DNA of 62,927 nucleotides, counting the filler, from Octopus bimaculoides (taxonomy: Eukaryota), in NCBI RefSeq assembly GCF_001194135.2. It is 5 parts of 4 records of this genome, joined end to end, with 100 filler letters (N's around TTAATTAATTAA, not from the genome) between each part and the next. Parts side by side here need not be neighbours in the genome. Positions count along the whole stretch, not along the records: positions 1 to 18,566 come from NC_068992.1; 4 more parts are not named here. The stretch is one strand, 5' to 3'. The position numbers and the translations under genes are program-made. Below are positions 1 through 11,527 of this stretch, in pieces. Position 1 is the stretch's first letter. Every line of letters starts with the position of its first letter. The notes below the pieces were generated by a model. It ran no database searches. It was not told the DNA's origin and saw nothing but the letters and a program-made list of their open reading frames with translations.

Positions 1-367
1 GATAGAATTCTGGCAAAACTGTGTAGCAACAGATCGCCAGCAATTGCTTCATCACAAATTGCTGTCCTAGCTCCTGCGAAAAGGGATTACCCTGCTATGT
101 ATAATCAGGGCAGCGCAAAAAGTTGTTTTGCACAAGCATTTCTATAGCCAATTACATGGATGAAATTTACGTATGCTTAATAATTTTACGCAAAACAGCC
201 TTCAGACTTTCCCTATTAATTTCATCGTCTTTTGAATTATGAACATATTTACATCATAAGGGTTTTTTCGTTGTAAGGCTTTCTTTTTTAGTTGATTTTC
301 AGCTAGCAAGACTTATCGTAGATGGCATAATAAGTCACACCCGGACAAGGTCGGGTTATACTGCTAG
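1..367 (+). mobile_element. Helitron 3' end (degenerate)
   Basis: Hairpin CCCGG-acaagg-TCGGG (340-355), then 8 nt, then CTAG|T (364-368). Upstream sequence has degenerate traces of a helicase C-terminus (AM..N.QG, HG..YV-like). Confidence 0.55.
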
Positions 368-743
368 TTAATAATAAAATTGAAGAACTTCAATCATAAA
401 TCACTGTATATTTACATACAATATTCTTGTTATTTTATGTGTTATATTGACAGGTATAATAATTAGAATTATAAGGTTTTATATTATGATTATATAAGGT
501 GTGAATCCACAGTTTGATGTGTTAGAGTCATGTAGGATAACGTTACACACAAAATGTGTTATGAATGGTGTCCACGCATAGGGCTTACAGTTCTTTGTCC
601 TACTTATACAATGCATACAAACACACATGCACATACAAACATACATACAATATAGTGTTGTACCTATACAATATTTATATCTCTACAATACAGTGTGATA
701 TATACAATATATGTGATATCCATACAATATAGAGTGTTACCTA

Positions 744-2084
744 CACTCAGAACCACGCTAATAGTTTAGGAGTGAAATAAAAGGCCTTAACGACGAAGAA
801 TAGTTTGTCATCATCAAAGGAAGTGCTAAAGGCACTTCTCTTCATGTTATTGCGGAGAAGTTAGGTCGTCATGTGGACACGGTTAGACGATTCCTGAAAG
901 ACCCTTCGCCAAGGAAGAAACGATCCGATTGTGGAACCTCCAAGACTGTGACAGCTAGGGATTTAAGGAATATTGGCCACAAGTTACGTGGGAAGCTTGG
1001 ACAAACAATCAAAACCGGACTTCCTCATGTATCAAAGACCACCAGAAATCGCATCCTCGGAGCCATAGCTTCCGTGTGAGAACCCCTGAAAGTTCCTCCT
1101 TTAACGCCTCGTCACAGAAGTTTGAGGCTTCAATGAACCCAAAAGTACATGACGTTAGACATGAGTTGTGTTCTGTTCACTGATGAAACCAGGGCGACCC
1201 TTGACGGACCTGACTGTTGGGCAAATGGTTGGGTCTGTTTTGGAGATGTGCGTCACCAACGTTTACGACGTTAACAACAGGGTGGAGGAGTCATGTTGTG
1301 GGCTAGTGTCACTGGGGACAGGCTTGTTGACCCAGTCAGGGTGCCTGAAGAGGTTTAAGTGACCGCAGTTGCCTACTGCAAACTTCTGAAGGAAATCTTG
1401 GATTCCTGGCTAGATGATATATTGCTATCACTTCTAAGGAATCTGGTTTTCATGCATGACAACGCTCCCTCCCACTCTGCTAGGACCACCCAAACATTCT
1501 TCAGGTCTTACCGCATACAAGGTCAAAGGTTGATGGTGTGGCCGCTAACATCTCCGGATCTCAACCCTATCGAAAATCTTTGGTCCATCGTCAAACAAGA
1601 TGTTTATGCCAATGGACGCCAATTTACGTCGAAAGATGTCTTATGGGCGACCAGCAGAGGCAGTCCAACCTGCTACTACTAAGAAATTGACAGATTCCAT
1701 GACTAATAGGGTTTTTGAAGTTATCTGTCGAAATAGCGCTCATGTGGCTAAATAATTCATTATGCCAATAAATGTTATAATGTTATTATGGTTTTCTGTT
1801 AAATATATACTCAATGTATGCTTAATATGTATTGTTACCTTTCATTTTCGTAATAAAAAAAATGCCTAGATGGGCTATTTTCATTCAAAAGCTATAAGCG
1901 TGGTTCACCCAAAAACTAAAGATTCTGAAAAAAACGAAAAAGGACGTTACACAGAATAATGAAAACATAACAATGGTATTGCCATAGTGTGCAAACCAGC
2001 TGGGAAAGGTTTTATCAAAATCGATTTACAGAAAACCTAGAAATCTTAAATTTCACCGCTAAGCTATTAGCGTGGTCCTGGGTG
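744..2084 (+). mobile_element. Tc1-like DNA transposon, DD37E (TRT-type), defective
   Basis: TA flanks at 742-743 and 2085-2086. Ends CACTCAGAACCACGCTAATAGTTT / AAGCTATTAGCGTGGTCCTGGGTG are inverted repeats. Internal transposase remnant. Confidence 0.93.
782..1755 (+). pseudogene. Tc1-family transposase pseudogene (stops and frameshifts)
   Basis: HTH region IAEKLGRHVDTVRRFLKDP. Catalytic motifs VLFTDETRATLDGPD, FMHDNAPSH and WPLTSPDLNPIENLW, with 37 residues between the second D and the E. Confidence 0.92.
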
Positions 2085-2280
2085 TATATACAATGTCCTT
2101 ACATAATGTGTGCCATATATCATAGTTCTGTACAAGGTCTCCACACAATAAAATGTGGTGTAACCATGTATCCTCTTCAACAAGAAATTTGTTCCAGTTC
2201 CGGTCCCACCTTTCATACTTTAAACCCTTTCATTACCTAGCATAAAGATGCCTCCTCCTTTATTGTAGCCCTAAGAGGGT

Positions 2281-2488
2281 CTTGGTTTTGCAAGTTACAC
2301 GGCAACCTCACTAGTGTCGGTGCCACGAGAAAAAGCACTCAGTACACTGTGTGAAGTAGTTGTCATTAGGAAGAGTATCCAGCCATAGAAACTAAGTTGA
2401 AGCAGACACGGAAACATGATGCAGTCCTTCCGTTGGTTGGATCCTAATTCATGGCAGTAGGGAAAACAAATGTCAAATGATGATGATG
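2281..2488 (+). mobile_element. Short RTE-tail repeat (degenerate)
   Basis: Resembles the 3' end of the RTE element at 18320-18530 (aaaagcac.cagtacac...ttaggaag..catccagc..tagaaac) and ends in (GAT)n. Confidence 0.7.
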
Positions 2489-2768
2489 GCGGTGTGACGC
2501 GCCCACTTAGTTTACTGTGTTGTGGCTATGTACAATATCTCCGTACAGCACAGTCATCCCTCACTCGTGAATAAGTTTGGCTTGATAGCATGTACCATGC
2601 TTTCGCTAATTGTTTCAGGTGCCAGTATAGTCATGAGCAGATACCGACCCCGTCTCGACTCTCCCACCCTCTGATCCATATCCAACATTTGACAGCTGGA
2701 GAAGGAGAGAGGGAGGAGAGAGAGCAAGAGAGAGAAAAATATCGTTTAATATAAAGGTATACAATGTA

Positions 2769-3110
2769 GGAGCAGGGGTGGCTGTTTGGTAAGAAGTTTG
2801 CTTCCCAACCGTATGCCTGGCACCTTTGGCAAGTGTCTTCTACTATAGGCCCTGGCTGACCAAAGCCTTGTGACTAGATTTGTTAGACGGAAACTGAGAG
2901 AACCCCGTCGTGTGTGTGTATTTGTGCCACCCACCACTGCTAACAACTGATATTGGTGTATTTACATCCTCGTAACTTAGCATTTCGGCAAAAGAGTCTG
3001 ATAGAATAAGTACCATTCTTTAAAAAAGAAGTCCTGGAATCAATTCATTCAAGTAAAAATTCTTCGAAGCAGTGCCCCAGCATAGCCGCGGTCTAATGAC
3101 TGAAACAAGA
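2769..3110 (+). mobile_element. SINE family A (tRNA head, CORE-like body, internal microsatellite, 3' tail)
   Basis: Head ggctgtttggtaagaag, body ggcacctttggcaagtgtcttctactatag, short (GT)n, tail ending gactgaaacaag. Many homologous copies in the window. Confidence 0.85.
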
Positions 3111-3753
3111 TAATCTCCACCATACTAGTGTCATAGTTATGTACAATGACCCCATAATATAATATACATAATGCCCCACCCACGTCTAGTGTTTTTCAAA
3201 TACCAGTCCATGCTGTGGTGTTCGTGGATACGTTCCTGGGTGGTTCTAGTAATACAGAGGTCGCTGACCCAACTCACTTCTATTTCTGGAAACCGAGTCG
3301 CTGTGAGTGGTCTCCCTTGAACCTTCCTCTCGTTACGATGAAGTCTGAGAAAAGAGAGGGCAGAATCAATTTCGGTATATGACTGGTGATTTATTGACCC
3401 CGCCAGGACGATGAAAGATGAATTTAATGTCAGCAGGGTTTGAACTCAAACTGCAGAGAGCCGGAAAATGCCACAAGGCTTTCTATCTGATGCTCTAACG
3501 ACTCGTAATTTCCCACTTATATGTACTATGTGTTATGTCAACCAATACAATGACCCACCCCCATACACACAATGCTATCTTATAATCACAATGTGCCCCT
3601 CCCCGCACCAACTGTACTATGCAAAATGTCCCTACATACTGTCTTGTAAGTACTACATAGTAATCCATAATTACATAAAGTCCCTATATAGCGATTGATA
3701 CTGCATAAACAATATTTCCACATAATGCACTGTTATTAAACCAACATTATGAT

Positions 3754-3790
<37 letters not shown>

Positions 3791-4686
3791 NNNNNNNNNN
3801 NNNNNNNNNNNNNNNNNNNNNNNNNNNNNNNNNNNNNNNNNNNNNNNNNNNNNNNNNNNNNNNNNNNNNNNNNNNNNNNNNNNNNNNNNNNNNNNNNNNN
3901 NNNNNNNNNNNNNNNNNNNNNNNNNNNNNNNNNNNNNNNNNNNNNNNNNNNNNNNNNNNNNNNNNNNNNNNNNNNNNNNNNNNNNNNNNNNNNNNNNNNN
4001 NNNNNNNNNNNNNNNNNNNNNNNNNNNNNNNNNNNNNNNNNNNNNNNNNNNNNNNNNNNNNNNNNNNNNNNNNNNNNNNNNNNNNNNNNNNNNNNNNNNN
4101 NNNNNNNNNNNNNNNNNNNNNNNNNNNNNNNNNNNNNNNNNNNNNNNNNNNNNNNNNNNNNNNNNNNNNNNNNNNNNNNNNNNNNNNNNNNNNNNNNNNN
4201 NNNNNNNNNNNNNNNNNNNNNNNNNNNNNNNNNNNNNNNNNNNNNNNNNNNNNNNNNNNNNNNNNNNNNNNNNNNNNNNNNNNNNNNNNNNNNNNNNNNN
4301 NNNNNNNNNNNNNNNNNNNNNNNNNNNNNNNNNNNNNNNNNNNNNNNNNNNNNNNNNNNNNNNNNNNNNNNNNNNNNNNNNNNNNNNNNNNNNNNNNNNN
4401 NNNNNNNNNNNNNNNNNNNNNNNNNNNNNNNNNNNNNNNNNNNNNNNNNNNNNNNNNNNNNNNNNNNNNNNNNNNNNNNNNNNNNNNNNNNNNNNNNNNN
4501 NNNNNNNNNNNNNNNNNNNNNNNNNNNNNNNNNNNNNNNNNNNNNNNNNNNNNNNNNNNNNNNNNNNNNNNNNNNNNNNNNNNACATTTCATGATGAAAC
4601 TATTGGTAGCCTTAAGCCACAAATAAAAAATATTTATCGACCATTCTCAGTTCGATATTAGCGTCTGTGAACACACACACAACACA

Positions 4687-4907
4687 CAGAGGGCGTCCAT
4701 AAATTGCTTTATGATTCAAAAAATCAAGGATAAACAGTAAGAAATAACTCGAGAGGTTATGTACAACGACTGGAGCACACATGGAGATATTCTGATGTTT
4801 CTAATAAAACTTTGCCAATGTCTTTCAATAAACTTTACTTTGTTAACCTTTGTTCTTTCCTTTCTTTTTGAATTTTTCAAATTGTAAAGGTAATTTATGG
4901 ACACCTG
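4687..4907. mobile_element. Tc1/mariner-type MITE (family M1)
   Basis: Ends cagagggcgtccataaatt / aatttatggacacctg. Homologous, inverted copy at 23352-23579. Confidence 0.7.
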
Positions 4908-5370
4908 TCTCTGATATGCTGTATATTACAATATCCTTCTCTTGTGGTGCATTCTGTGTCATAATTAGATTTACCCTCAAAGCCTATGTTGAATTCTGGC
5001 TGAAGAGTGCTGCCAAGCAACAGAGACACAAAATAAACCAACAGGATTTGTTTCCAGCTACAAGTTATGTGTATGTGCAAGTATGTACATGTGAAATTGC
5101 ATGCATATATACAGTACCAACACATGAAACTCTCGGCCCTTGACTCACTCTATTCTGCTAAATATTAATATACATATATATTGAGTTCTATTTTTCGTGC
5201 TTCAGTATACCTGTGTGTGCGCGTGTGTACATACGTGTGTGTATATATATATACACGTGTGTATATATATATACACATACATACACACACGTATATTATA
5301 TACACACGTGTATATATTATATATATATATATATACATACACACGTATATTATATATACACACACATACG

Positions 5371-5404
<34 letters not shown>

Positions 5405-5556
5405 AAGAATATAAGGAGGTTAGTTCACGTGTGATCTAAACGAATAGGTACGCTGAGTGTGTGCTCGGGTTGGTCGACCATTAGGTTCCAAGATCACAGT
5501 TAAGGCTGGATCTAGAGATCTGTGTTAGGGTTCCATTATAACATGTATATATTATA

Positions 5557-5829
5557 TTAGAGGAAAAATCAAGACCCAAGGCAGAACGAGTATCTTAAGT
5601 CATTTAGAATAATTTAATAAGGTGAATTTGAAGTCTTACAGCCGTTTCTGGGGTAACCCAAGTGGTTAGTCATCCTTGTCTCTGATAACGGAATACCCAG
5701 TGCATGGACAGGCTAACCAACCACTTGGGTTATCCCAGAAACGGCTATAAGACTTCATATTCACCTTATAAATTATTCTAAATGACTTTGAGATACTCGT
5801 TCTGTCTTGGGTTTTGATTTTTCCTCTAA
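5557..5829. repeat. Fold-back element with ~110-bp inverted arms
   Basis: 5557-5669 is the near reverse complement of 5713-5829. The spacer holds a degenerate hammerhead-like motif. Confidence 0.85.
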
Positions 5830-5966
5830 CATATATNNNNNNNNNNNNNNNNNNNNNNNNNNNNNNNNNNNNNNNNNNNNNNNNNNNNNNNNNNNNNNNN
5901 NNNNNNNNNNNNNNNNNNNNATATACACATACATACATACATACATACACCATTATTATTATTAAC

Positions 5967-6186
5967 GCGGCGAGCTGGCAGAAACGTTAGCATGCCAGGC
6001 AAAATGCTTAGAGGCATTTCGTCCGTCTTTACGTTACAAGTTCAAATTCCACTGTGATCAAGTTTGCCCATCATCCTTTTGGGGTCGATAAATTAAGTAC
6101 CAGTGAAACACAGGGGTCAATGTAATCGACTAGTCCCCTCCCCCAAAATTTCAGGCCTTGTGCCTATAGTAGAAAGGATTATTATT
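5967..6186 (+). mobile_element. SINE family B, full length
   Basis: gcggcgagctggcagaaacgttagc head, B-box-like gttcaaattcc, tail ggccttgtgcctatagtagaaag followed by (TTA)n. Confidence 0.88.
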
Positions 6187-6849
6187 ATATAGTTATATTT
6201 GGGGACAGACAGCTTTATTATTATTATTATTATTAGTTGAAAATGATAATAAATCTAAAATGAAGATCAAATAGTGCATGTGTTTATTGGCAAAATGACT
6301 GCCCCAAAATATATGCCAATACAATTTCCCATCAAGAATCTTGCGAAACAAATACATAAACATGATATATATATATAAATATATATATATCCAGTTATGT
6401 AATACAATGTATATACCTAATTGATAGGCCAGTTAGTGCAGTATTTATCCTGAGATAACATCTCTTACAAATGTGATGTGTTAAAAAGCAATAAATATGA
6501 GACAAAAATTTATCCCTGCAGCAGCCAGCAAGTGTGCCAGATGCATTTCGCCCCCCCCACCCCACCACTTTTTTTTTTTTAAAGCCTCGTCAATGCCATT
6601 ACTCACGGCCAGCCATTTGCTCAGTTGGGAGCTCATTGTCTCTGAAATACAGTAAAATGAATAAAACATTCTCTGATGTTGCAAATAGCCATCCGGCTGA
6701 ACAAAACTCCAATATATGCAATTGAGGTGGTTTTTAATTAAAATAGCCATCTATGTATCGTACTTAATGGACACACACTGTCAACAGCCCAATTACTGCA
6801 GTATATATATTATATATGTATATATTTATAAGTACATATATTTACAAAA

Positions 6850-7066
6850 CACCATTCAAGCATGGTCGATGCCAGTGCCACCTGACTAGTTCCCATGCAG
6901 GTGGAAAATAAAAAGCACACACTACACTCTCTGAGTGATTGGCAGATTGGAGCCTGGTACAGACTTCTGGCTTGCCAGTCTTCAACAAGCCTCCCAGCTT
7001 GCTAGTTTTGTCAGACCGTCCAACCCATGCCAGCACGGAAAGCAAACGTTAAACGATGATGATGAT
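6850..7066 (+). mobile_element. Short RTE-tail repeat
   Basis: Matches the 3' end of 17662-18530 and ends aaacgatgatgatgat. Confidence 0.85.
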
Positions 7067-7123
7067 ATATGAGTATGTATAAAGTTGTGTTTATCCTTAT
7101 TTCTCAGATATATACATGTATAT

Positions 7124-7270
7124 AATTGCAGTGTGGAAGGTGTTTATAAGCCATTTAAAAATATAGAAAGAAACCGCTAGATTGATAAATTAAATTTAAA
7201 TGTTGAAGTGAATCTAGCGGTTTTTTTGTGTATTTTAAAATGGCTTATAAATACCTTCCACGCTACAATT
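7124..7270. repeat. Fold-back element with 60-bp inverted arms
   Basis: 7124-7183 vs 7211-7270 reverse complement, 27-nt AT-rich loop. Confidence 0.85.
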
Positions 7271-7692
7271 GTTTGTTTCAGCACATGATCTCAGATCAGG
7301 TCACTTGCTATGCAAGTACATCTCCGTAATATATATATATATATATATATATAAGAGAGAGGGAGAGAGACAATAATAACTAAAATATATTTCTTTCCCA
7401 AGATCAATAACTGCAAATGCTGTAAGTTTGAAATCAATCAAACATTTCAACTCAGAACAGTTACGAGATTTTATGTCAATGAGCTGTAGCAATTTAAGTA
7501 ACAACATAATCACAATTATGGCTTGTAACATTAATGTCAACAGTGATTATTTCCAACAGAGATCTATGACTGCACGCTTTGAAGATGGATTTAGTCAATT
7601 AAATCAACCCCAGTATACCACTGGTATTTAGTTTATCTACAATCTCACCCCCTGTCCCAAAAGGCAAAGTCAGCATTGGTGAGATTTGAACA

Positions 7693-7903
7693 ATTTTCTA
7701 CTCTAGGCACAAGGCCTGAAATTTTGGGGGAGGGGGCCCGTCGATTAGATCGACACCAGTATGCAACTAGTACTTAATTTATCGACCCTGGAAGGATGAA
7801 AGGCGAAGTCAACCTTGGCGGAATTTGAACTCAGAAGTTACAGACAGATGAAATACCGCTAAGCATTTTGCCCGGTGTGCTAATGATTCTGCCAGCTCGC
7901 CAT
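7693..7903 (-). mobile_element. SINE family B, full length
   Basis: Reverse complement of the 5967-6186 family. Confidence 0.88.
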
Positions 7904-8370
7904 CTTGATTTGAACAAAATAATTAACAATAATTGGTTGATTATCTGCAAATTAATAAGAAAACAAAATGAAAAGAAAAAAAACTAATATACTTTTAAAA
8001 TATCATTTAAGATATTTGTTTGTTTTTTGTTTCACTTTTTTTTTTTTAATATTACAGTAAAGATACATGACGAATATGGCAGTTTCAGAATATTATAAGA
8101 TTAAATAAATATATAAAGAATTATATCTNNNNNNNNNNNNNNNNNNNNNNNNNNNNNNNNNNNNNNNNNNNNNNNNNNNNNNNNNNNNNNNNNNNNNNNN
8201 NNNNNNNNNNNNNNNNNNNNNNNNNNNNNNNNNNNNNNNNNNNNNNNNNNNNNNNNNNNNNNNNNNNNNNNNNNNNNNNNNNNNNNNNNNNNNNNNNNNN
8301 NNNNNNNNNNNNNNNNNNNNNNNNNNNNNNNNNNNNNNNNNNNNNNNNNNNNNNNNNNNNNNNNNNNNNN

Positions 8371-8964
8371 ACTTATTTAATCGACCTTGAAATGATGACG
8401 GGCAAGTTGACCCTGGCGGAATTTGAACTCACAATGTAAAGACAGACAAAATGCTGTTGAGCATTTTGTCCAGCGTGCTAACAATTCTGCCAGCTCACCA
8501 TCCTGATGATGATAATAATAATAATAATAATAATAATAATCCTTAACAAGGGCAGCAATTTTGGGGGAGGGGACCAGTCGATCACCTCGACCCCAGTGTT
8601 TTACTGGTACTTAATTTATAGATCCCAAAAGGATGAAAGGCAAAGTCAACCTCAGTGGAATTTGAACTCAGAACATAGTGACAGGCGAAACACTAAGCAT
8701 TTTGTCTGGCACACTAACAATTCTGCCAGCTCATCGTAATAATAGCAATAACCTTTTCTACCAGAGGCACAAGGCCTGAAATTTGGGGAAGAGGAATAGT
8801 CAATTACATCAACCCCAGTGCATAACTGGTACTTAGTTTATCGATCCTGAAAGGATAAACGGTAAAGTTGACCTCGGCAGAATTTGAATTAGGAATATAA
8901 TGACAGACTAAATACCAGAAAACGTTTCACCCACCATACTAACGATTCTGCCAGCTCACCGCCT
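8371..8964 (-). mobile_element. Three head-to-tail SINE family B copies
   Basis: Copies at 8371-8500, 8541-8735 and 8752-8964, separated by (TAA)n runs. Confidence 0.85.
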
Positions 8965-9880
8965 TTGATAATAACAATAATAAATAATAATAATAGCGAC
9001 TGTTTTAACTCAGTCTGAAGGAAAAATGTGATGCACAAGCAGGTTGTAAGGACAACTGGACTGGCATCACAAGTGTAATGAAAGAGGGATAAAACTAATG
9101 TCTTTAGCAAACTCCCAAACAGAACCCCTTCCACCTATCTGAGTAAAGAAACAAAAGGGAAGGAACCTGTAATAGATGCCACAAACCATATGAAAGGGTA
9201 GAGAGGGGGGTAGCAAAAATAACCATCTTTTAATATTTGATCAATTAATTTTAACGAGGGAGGGAGGAAGGAAGGAGAGATATATCCACAATGATAAAAA
9301 TGGTTTTGATGTTACGCTTGAATGGGTTGACAAAAACTTTAGCAAATGTGATGGACAATGGGAGGGGATTTGCTGAAGACAAATGAAGATTGAAATAAAA
9401 AAAAACGATAATAATTAACCAATTAACAATGACTAGTTTTGAAATGGTTGGTACCATAGCTTTTGGCAAAATGGTAGAATTGATGAGAAGACTGTAGGCT
9501 ACCTGGACATGAATCAGGCGTTAAAACTTTGTACTTCAGCCTGACATTATAACCAGGACAGCCATGATCATCACTAGGGAGTATGATTTACTAGCATGGA
9601 CCATTGGTTTTGGTGTCTATGCAGTCACATACAGACAGGGCCATTCTCTCAGCCCTTCCACCCTTGAACCAGTGGGAAGAGAAGGAGGAAAGAGAGGAGA
9701 AAAGGGAGAAGAAAGGGGAGATAGAGGCAGAGGGGAGATGAGGAGGAAAGGGAAGGAAAGAGGGAGAGAAAGAGAGAGGAGGGAAGGGAGAGAAAGAGAT
9801 AGAAGGGAAGGGAGAGAAAAAGAGAGAGAGAAGGGAAGTGAGAGAAAGAGAGAGAGAGAAGGGAAGTGAGAGAAAGAGAG

Positions 9881-10240
9881 AGCAGGGAAGGGAAGGGAGA
9901 GAAAGAGAGAGCAGGGAAGGGAAGGGAGAGAAAGAGAGAGCAGGGAAGGGAAGGGAGAGAAAGAGAGAGCAGGGAAGGGNNNNNNNNNNNNNNNNNNNNN
10001 NNNNNNNNNNNNNNNNNNNNNNNNNNNNNNNNNNNNNNNNNNNNNNNNNNNNNNNNNNNNNNNNNNNNNNNNNNNNNNNNNNNNNNNNNNNNNNNNNNNN
10101 NNNNNNNGAGCAGGGAAGGGAAGGGAGAGAAAGAGAGAGCAGGGAAGGGAAGGGAGAGAAAGAGAGAGCAGGGAAGGGAAGGGAGAGAAAGAGAGAGCAG
10201 GGAAGGGAAGGGAGAGAAAGAGAGAGCAGGGAAGGGAGAG
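9881..10240. repeat. 29-bp polypurine minisatellite (GCAGGGAAGGGAAGGGAGAGAAAGAGAGA)n, spans a gap
   Basis: Unit starts at 9911 and 9940 and resumes after the N gap. Confidence 0.9.
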
Positions 10241-11527
10241 AGGAGAGAGAAAAGGGAAGGGGGGGAGAGAGAGAGAGGCGAGGAGGGGGAGAGACAGAGA
10301 GAAGCACCAGTACTTATTTTCAACAAAACAAACTGGAGCACTCTATGAAATGAAGTGTCATGTTTATGAATGCAACCCCACAACCCTTCCCTTCACATAA
10401 CAAATAAGGTCAAACTGAGAGGCCCTGCATCCAGCAAAAGTAGAACCAGCTTGTTTGTAACTTCTGACTGAATCCTGGCTTAGAAGTGCTCCAAGAATTC
10501 CTGCAGATCATTTGTTAAATTCCATGGAACATGGAGCAGACCAAGGACTGTTAAAATCTTTTACTTGCAGCAGTGACTATACTGAAGAAAACAAACAGAC
10601 TGCAACTAAACATGTGTTTGTTGTTATTGCAGTAGCCATACAGAAAAAGAGAGAATTTTTATCCACATGGCCACTACACCTATACAATATTTGTCACATT
10701 TGTCTGTAAGCACCTCACAGACACCTGATAACAATTACTGTAAATATAAATGGGGTTGGCTTATTTTTTCTTATTATTTTCTATTTTTGCTATGATGTCA
10801 AACATTAAGTGATGTGGGAAATGAAAATATCCTACAGAAAAAACCAAAACCATCTCAGTATTAAGAATTTACCAAACTATTCACTAACTTTCGCAAAGTA
10901 TTTATCTACACAATATATTGGCTCTGGTATATTCCAGTCATTCTCTGAAACAATACTTTCACACATGGCTATGTAGACACACACACACACACAATTATAT
11001 ACACATACACACATATATACATAGATCCACACACATATATACACATACACACATATACCCACACACATATATACATACACGCACATATATACATACACAT
11101 ATCTACATATACACACACATATATATAGATACATTCACACACACATACATATATACATGTATGTGTGTATTCTTAGATTTACACGTCAGTCCTGAGAGAG
11201 AAAAATGGGAAATGACAGTCCAATTCATTCAACCATTTCTAGTAAATACATCATTAATATAAATATACATTCTTAACGAGAAAGTGATTTATCATCATGT
11301 TGTTCTAATTAACTTAAGCGATTGTTTTAATTAGTAGAAAAGAAATATATTTACAATAAAACAGCTTGGCCAACATTTAATGCAATGTGAAGGGAATTTG
11401 AACTGACGATCTTCCATTTTAAAAGAAAATAGATATCAACATTCAAATTTGCAACAAATGTGTAAATATTGTTGTATTTCCGGGTGGTCATTTTTTTCTC
11501 ATTTTTGCCAAATAAATACACACATTA

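Noticed and set aside
7270-7310. CTGATCT...GAAAC on the minus strand as a ribozyme
   Set aside because: No G8/A9 and no convincing stem I or II.
7400-7631. ORF 7428-7631 as an exon
   Set aside because: Its 3' part is a SINE-B remnant; no supporting neighbouring exons.
9250-9670. Protein-like readings (HNDKNGFDVTLEW..., GWYHSFWQNG...)
   Set aside because: Short, stop-bounded, without usable splice sites or a family I can recognise.
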